A stretch of DNA of 32,000 bases from Cereibacter sphaeroides 2.4.1. Its GTDB lineage: Bacteria; Pseudomonadota; Alphaproteobacteria; Rhodobacterales; Rhodobacteraceae. The position numbers were made by a program, and so were the translations under genes. Position 1 is the stretch's first letter. Every line of letters begins with the position of its first letter. The notes beneath the pieces are model-generated. The model saw nothing but the letters and a program-made list of their open reading frames with translations. It had not been told where the DNA came from and did not search any database. The DNA is taken from assembly GCF_000012905.2 (NCBI RefSeq), contig NC_007493.2, positions 1,350,001-1,382,000 of the forward strand. The letters are read 5' to 3'. Below, piece by piece: positions 28,382-32,000 of the stretch.

Positions 28382-29040
28382 CACGCAAGCTGACGTTCGG
28401 CCGCCGAGGCGCGGCCCCGGGCGAGGCCACGAGCCTCGTCGTCTTCCTCCACGGCTACGGCGCGGACGGGGCGGATCTCTTGGGTCTGGCCGAGCCGCTT
28501 GCGCCGCACCTGCCCGGCACGGCCTTCGTGGCGCCCGACGCGCCCGAGCCCTGCCGCGCCAACGGCTTCGGCTTCCAGTGGTTTCCGATCCCCTGGCTCG
28601 ACGGCTCCTCGGAGACCGCCGCCGCCGAAGGCATGGCCGCCGCCGCCCGGGATCTCGACGCCTTCCTCGACGAGCGGCTGGCCGAGGAGGGGCTGCCGCC
28701 CGAGGCGCTGGCGCTCGTGGGCTTCTCGCAGGGCACGATGATGGCGCTTCATGTGGCGCCGCGCCGGGCCGAGGAGATCGCGGGCATCGTGGGCTTCTCG
28801 GGCCGTCTGCTCGCGCCGGAGCGGCTGGCCGAAGAGGCGCGGTCGAAGCCGCCGGTGCTCCTCGTGCATGGCGACGCCGACCCGGTGGTGCCCTTCGCCG
28901 ACATGAGCCTTGCGGGCGAGGCGCTGGCCGAGGCGGGCTTCACCACCTACGGCCATGTGATGAAGGGCACCGGCCACGGCATCGCGCCCGACGGTCTTTC
29001 GGTGGCGCTGGCCTTCCTGAAGGAGCGTCTGCCGGACTGA
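28378..29040 (+). CDS. Alpha/beta hydrolase, phospholipase/carboxylesterase family
   Basis: VVFLHGYGADGADL, the nucleophile elbow GFSQGTMMAL, LLVHGDADPVVPF, and GHGI. ATG 28378 overlaps the glycosylase TGA (ATGA). Confidence 0.85.
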   Translation: MTRKLTFGRRGAAPGEATSLVVFLHGYGADGADLLGLAEPLAPHLPGTAFVAPDAPEPCRANGFGFQWFPIPWLDGSSETAAAEGMAAAARDLDAFLDERLAEEGLPPEALALVGFSQGTMMALHVAPRRAEEIAGIVGFSGRLLAPERLAEEARSKPPVLLVHGDADPVVPFADMSLAGEALAEAGFTTYGHVMKGTGHGIAPDGLSVALAFLKERLPD

Positions 29041-29058
29041 CCCGCGGGCTTCGCCTGC

Positions 29059-29196
29059 GCTGTCCGAAGCACGGCCCGCGGCGCTGCTGCCGGAAGACCC
29101 GCAGCCGGCCGCAGGCGCCGGATCTACGCTTCCCGAAGGACGGGTTGGGGCGCTTCTGCCGGAAGTCTCTCGGCCGGTCGCAGGCGATGAGCCTCC
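29059..29196. repeat. Degenerate tandem direct repeat, 2 units, 69-bp period, non-coding
   Basis: Position-by-position comparison of 29059-29120 with 29128-29189 gives 47/62 identities without gaps. Each unit contains two YCCGRAAG submotifs (ends at 29069, 29096, 29138 and 29165). Confidence 0.6.
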
Positions 29197-29317
29197 GGCT
29201 GCCATGGCTCTCGCAGGCCGCGAGGCAGGCCCCGCGCCACGCTCCTGCAGACCCCGGCACGATGCGGGCCGGGGCGCCGCCTGCCCGCGCCGGCAGAGCG
29301 GTGACGGAGGCGCTCGC

Positions 29318-29365
29318 GCGATCCGCCGGGCGGCGGGCCAGAGCGGCTCCCGCCCGGCGGATCGC
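29318..29365. repeat. 16-bp perfect inverted repeat (hairpin) in an intergenic region
   Basis: gcgatccgccgggcgg (29318-29333) and ccgcccggcggatcgc (29350-29365) are exact reverse complements with a 16-nt loop. All 16 pairs were verified base by base. Confidence 0.7.
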
Positions 29366-29468
29366 CGGTCGCGCCCTTGCCTCTTCATCATCTGGCGAAA
29401 AAGTCGTCACATCCTCGTCACCTGCGACCGCGACAACGGTCTGGCAGGGCGTGGGCCGCTTGCGGGGC

Positions 29469-29496
29469 TTGCCTGTAGGGGAACGCCATATATAGT
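29469..29496 (+). promoter_or_regulatory. Candidate sigma70 promoter of the HNH gene
   Basis: TTGCCT (29469-29474), a 16-nt spacer, then TATAGT (29491-29496), in the only AT-rich patch of the spacer, about 75 nt upstream of ATG 29571. Confidence 0.4.
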
Positions 29497-29570
29497 TGTC
29501 ACATCGGGGCGGGTTCCCCGCTCTGGTGCCGACGAACGGCAGACAGGGCGGAGAAGGAGTCACTGCGACG

Positions 29571-30155
29571 ATGGACGGCGATTTCAGGACCAGCTTCGTT
29601 CGAGAGCCCGCGGGCTTGAGACCTTATCCCGCGCTCGTGCTGAACGCGGACTACCGGCCCCTGTCCTACTACCCGCTCTCGCTCTGGCCGTGGCAGGAGG
29701 CGATCAAGGCGGCCTTCCTCGACCGGGTCTCGATCGTGGCCGAATACGATCAGGTGGTGCGCAGTCAGAGGGCTGCCCTCCGAATACCCTCGGTGGTGGT
29801 GCTGAAGGAATTCGTCTCTCCCCAGAAGCGCGTGGCCTTCACGCGCTTCAATCTTTTCCTGAGGGACGAATTCCGCTGCCAGTATTGCGGCGCGAAGGGA
29901 GACTTGACCTTCGACCATGTGGTGCCCCGTGCCCGGGGCGGCGTCACGAGCTGGCAGAACGTCGTGGCCGCCTGCTCGCCCTGCAACCTGCACAAGGGAT
30001 CGAAGACCCTGAAGCAGGCGGGGATGCGCCTTGCCCGCATCCCGCGCGAGCCCACGCCGGCCGAGATGCAGCGCCACGGCCAGCGCTTCCCGCCGAACCA
30101 TCTGCACGACAGCTGGCTCGACTATCTCTACTGGGACGCAGAGCTCGAAGCCTGA
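29571..30155 (+). CDS. HNH endonuclease (stand-alone, ~194 aa)
   Basis: CQYCG...LTFDHVVPRARGGVTSWQNVVAACSPCNLHKG gives two CxxC zinc knuckles around the H-N-H core. ATG 29571 with AAGGAG upstream; the track start TTG 29496 lies inside the predicted -10 element. Confidence 0.88.
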   Translation: MDGDFRTSFVREPAGLRPYPALVLNADYRPLSYYPLSLWPWQEAIKAAFLDRVSIVAEYDQVVRSQRAALRIPSVVVLKEFVSPQKRVAFTRFNLFLRDEFRCQYCGAKGDLTFDHVVPRARGGVTSWQNVVAACSPCNLHKGSKTLKQAGMRLARIPREPTPAEMQRHGQRFPPNHLHDSWLDYLYWDAELEA

Positions 30156-30393
30156 GCGCGCGGGGCGGTTGACCCTGCCAAGGTCAGTCGGTTTCCACGG
30201 AAGCGGCTGTTCTGCTTGCGCGGTGGAGGGCGCGACGAGCGGTCCGATGGAAGTGCACTTTCGTCCTGCACGCCGTGCGCTCCCCCTCACAGTCCGCCCA
30301 CCCTCGAAAGCGCCGTGCCGACGGGGCGGCGCGAGCCCTGGCGGAGGAACGGGCCGGGCGCGGGGATCCGGGTCGGGGTGTGTGTCCCGGCGC

Positions 30394-30441
30394 TTGACGG
30401 TGCGCGGTTCCCGGATCTAACAAGACAACCAGTCTTGAGAT
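30394..30441 (+). promoter_or_regulatory. Candidate arsR promoter with an overlapping imperfect inverted-repeat operator
   Basis: TTGACG at 30394-30399, with a weak -10 around 30417-30423. The inverted repeat is ATCT-aa-CAAGAC / aacca / GTCTTG-AGAT (30415-30441). A tandem TTGAGAT-g-TTGAGAT sits directly before ATG 30450. Confidence 0.4.
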
Positions 30442-30449
30442 GTTGAGAT

Positions 30450-30776
30450 ATGGACGACCGCACCGCCCTCACCGCCTTTGCCGGCCTCGCGCAGGAGACG
30501 CGTCTGCAGATCCTGCGGCTTCTGGTCCGTGCGGGCCCCGAGGGCCTGCCTGCCGGCGAGATCGGCGCGGCGATCGGCGCGAGCTCCTCCCGCCTCTCGT
30601 TCCATCTGACCCAGCTCGAACAGGCGCGCCTCGTCACCTCCCGCCGCGAGGGACGCTTCGTGATCTATGCGGCGGCCTATCCGGTGCTGTCGGATCTCGT
30701 GACCTTCCTGATGCGCGACTGCTGCGCCGACCGGCCCGAGATCTGCGCACCGCTGTCCGAGGCGCGCCATGACTGA
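30450..30776 (+). CDS. arsR: ArsR/SmtB family metalloregulator with a C-terminal Cys cluster
   Basis: wHTH ETRLQILRLLV...LPAGEIGAAIGASSSRLSFHLTQLEQARLV. The alpha3 ELCVCDL-type site is absent (GLPAGEI in its place). The C-terminal DCCADRPEIC supplies three cysteines. Confidence 0.88.
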   Translation: MDDRTALTAFAGLAQETRLQILRLLVRAGPEGLPAGEIGAAIGASSSRLSFHLTQLEQARLVTSRREGRFVIYAAAYPVLSDLVTFLMRDCCADRPEICAPLSEARHD

Positions 30777-31062
30777 AAGCCGAGACGTCCGCCGCACCCC
30801 CGGATGGAGCGCGGCCGTGACCGAGGCCGGGCTTCCCGTCGATGACCCCACCGGGCCGGGCCGACGCTTCTTCTCCTGTCGCATCGCGGAGGAAGCGGCG
30901 GGCTTCGGCGGGATCGAGCGGCACGGCGCCCACGGGCTGCTGCGCTCGCCCCCCGTGCCCGAGACGCGGCGGGGGGCCGCGGTCACAGTCCCTCCTCCGG
31001 TCGAGGTGCCGGTTCTCGTCCTGCAGGCGGCGCTCCGGCGCTGGTTCGAGGCGCGGGCATGA
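30769..31062 (+). CDS. 97-aa ORF, possible truncated ArsN-like GNAT acetyltransferase remnant (hypothetical)
   Basis: The ATG overlaps the arsR end by 8 nt (ATGACTGA), and its TGA overlaps the arsH ATG (ATGA). Third positions are mostly G/C. The segment AGLPVDD...[36 protein letters not shown] resembles the N-terminal half of ArsN/ArgA-type acetyltransferases as I recall them, but the acetyl-CoA-binding half is missing. Confidence 0.45.
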   Translation: MTESRDVRRTPGWSAAVTEAGLPVDDPTGPGRRFFSCRIAEEAAGFGGIERHGAHGLLRSPPVPETRRGAAVTVPPPVEVPVLVLQAALRRWFEARA

Positions 31063-31772
31063 GCGACCTGCCGAACCTCGATCCTCGCGCGCTGCAGCTT
31101 CCCGATCCGGCGGCGCTGGCCGGGCCGCGCTCCGCCCATCCGCCGCGCATCCTGCTTCTTTACGGATCGCTGCGCGAGCGGAGCTACAGCCGCTTCCTCA
31201 CGCTCGAGGCCGAGCGTCTCCTGCGCCTCTTCGGCTGCGAGACGCGGATCTTTCACGCCCACGGCCTGCCTCTGCCCGACGATGCCGAGGCGAGCCATCC
31301 CAAGGTCGCCGAGCTGCGCCAGGCCTGCCTCTGGTCCGAGGGACAGGTCTGGTGCTCGCCCGAGCGGCACGGCGCGATGACCGCGGTGATGAAGGCGCAG
31401 ATCGACTGGATCCCCCTGAGCCTCGGCGCGATCCGGCCCACGCAGGGGCGGACGCTGGCGCTGATGCAGGTCTCGGGCGGCTCGCAGAGTTTCAACGCGC
31501 TGAACCAGATGCGGGTGCTCGGGCGCTGGATGCGGATGGTGACGATCCCGAACCAGTCCTCGGTGCCGAAGGCCTATGCCGAGTTCGACGAGGCGGGCCG
31601 GATGCGGGCCTCGCCGCTCTATGACCGCGTGGTGGATGTGATGGAGGAGCTGGTGAAGTTCACGCACCTCACCCGCGACGTCTCGGCCCATCTGACCGAC
31701 CGCTACTCCGAGCGGAAGGAGGCGGCCGCGGCCGCCGAGGCGCGCCTGAACCTTCCCTCGGCCGTCCGGTGA
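31059..31772 (+). CDS. arsH: ArsH, NADPH-dependent FMN reductase / organoarsenical oxidase
   Basis: [68 protein letters not shown], and [11 protein letters not shown]; highly characteristic ArsH blocks. Confidence 0.93.
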   Translation: MSDLPNLDPRALQLPDPAALAGPRSAHPPRILLLYGSLRERSYSRFLTLEAERLLRLFGCETRIFHAHGLPLPDDAEASHPKVAELRQACLWSEGQVWCSPERHGAMTAVMKAQIDWIPLSLGAIRPTQGRTLALMQVSGGSQSFNALNQMRVLGRWMRMVTIPNQSSVPKAYAEFDEAGRMRASPLYDRVVDVMEELVKFTHLTRDVSAHLTDRYSERKEAAAAAEARLNLPSAVR

Positions 31773-32000
31773 GCCCGCAGGCAAGACTCGCTGCGGCGCT
31801 GGGGGTGGTGCAGATCCTCACCTGGGGCAGCAGCTATTACCTGATGGCGGTGCTGGCGCCGGCCATCGCGGCCGACACCGGCTGGCCGCTGCCCTGGGTG
31901 GTGGGCTCGCTCTCGGCGGGGCTCCTCGTGGCCGGGTTCGCCTCGCCGCTGGTCGGCCGCACCATCGCGCGCCACGGCGGGCGGCCGGTGCTGGTGGCGG
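31769..32000 (+). CDS. MFS transporter, N-terminal part (possibly ArsK-like efflux protein); runs off the right edge
   Basis: My translation from GTG 31769 (GTGA overlap with the arsH stop) gives [77 protein letters not shown]. It shows two TM helices plus MFS motif A ([10 protein letters not shown]). Not in the track because there is no stop in the window. Confidence 0.7.
   Translation, partial: MSPQARLAAALGVVQILTWGSSYYLMAVLAPAIAADTGWPLPWVVGSLSAGLLVAGFASPLVGRTIARHGGRPVLVA

Noticed and set aside
28345-29563. Minus-strand ORFs 28345..29391 and 28940..29563, and plus-strand ORFs 28320..29495 and 29204..30172, covering the esterase-HNH spacer
   Set aside because: They are Arg/Ala/Gly/Pro-rich. 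They run antisense into, or out of frame across, well-supported genes. The apparent 23-aa peptide repeat (CPKHGPRRCCRKTRSRPQA / FPKDGLGRFCRKSLGRSQA) is just the translation of the 69-bp DNA repeat.
30417-31784. 455-aa minus-strand ORF antisense to arsR, the 97-aa ORF and arsH
   Set aside because: It is antisense to ArsH, which has diagnostic motifs. Its product is an Arg/Gly/Pro-rich artefact.
29041-32000. Possibility that HNH + ars genes form a mobile or defence island
   Set aside because: There is no integrase, transposase, tRNA attachment site, flanking direct repeats or compositional shift. The HNH gene has no R-M, CRISPR or abortive-infection partner, and the ars genes form a standard resistance module.

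Overview
Very GC-rich bacterial chromosome segment, roughly two-thirds G+C or more by eye. Gene content and order look alphaproteobacterial, probably Rhodobacterales (inference only). About 90% of the window is ordinary, tightly packed housekeeping DNA. Left edge, minus strand: a peptide/nickel-type ABC importer with two permeases and a binding-protein gene that is frameshifted, then miaA. The plus strand then carries the conserved envelope-biogenesis supercluster pyrH-frr-uppS-cdsA-dxr-rseP-bamA-skp-fabZ-lpxA-lpxI-lpxB. lpxD is missing from its canonical slot in this cluster. Next come an ABC-F ATPase, a small beta-barrel outer-membrane protein, an Lrp/AsnC regulator, a LysE exporter and a convergent MmcQ/YjbR gene. 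These are followed by cysS, then a translationally coupled trio of cimA, a SAM methyltransferase and a phytoene/squalene-synthase-like protein. After that come an MFS transporter, an HhH-GPD DNA glycosylase coupled to a carboxylesterase, a stand-alone HNH endonuclease, and an organoarsenical-type ars module (arsR, a 97-aa ORF, arsH, a partial MFS gene). Many neighbouring genes overlap by ATGA, GTGA or TGATG, indicating translational coupling. I see no rRNA, tRNA, CRISPR array, transposase, integrase or recognisable defence island, and I cannot honestly point to a clear novel multi-gene system. The stretches not explained by standard annotation are:
- a 45-codon membrane-peptide ORF hidden in the 355-bp rseP-bamA spacer;
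- a 14-codon Ile/Cys/Thr-rich uORF upstream of cysS-cimA;
- a 530-bp structured non-coding region (69-bp tandem repeat plus a 16-bp perfect hairpin) upstream of the HNH gene;
- a 374-bp G-rich gap upstream of the LysE gene;
- a truncated GNAT-like ORF wedged between arsR and arsH.
The very long antisense ORFs in the track are high-GC artefacts.
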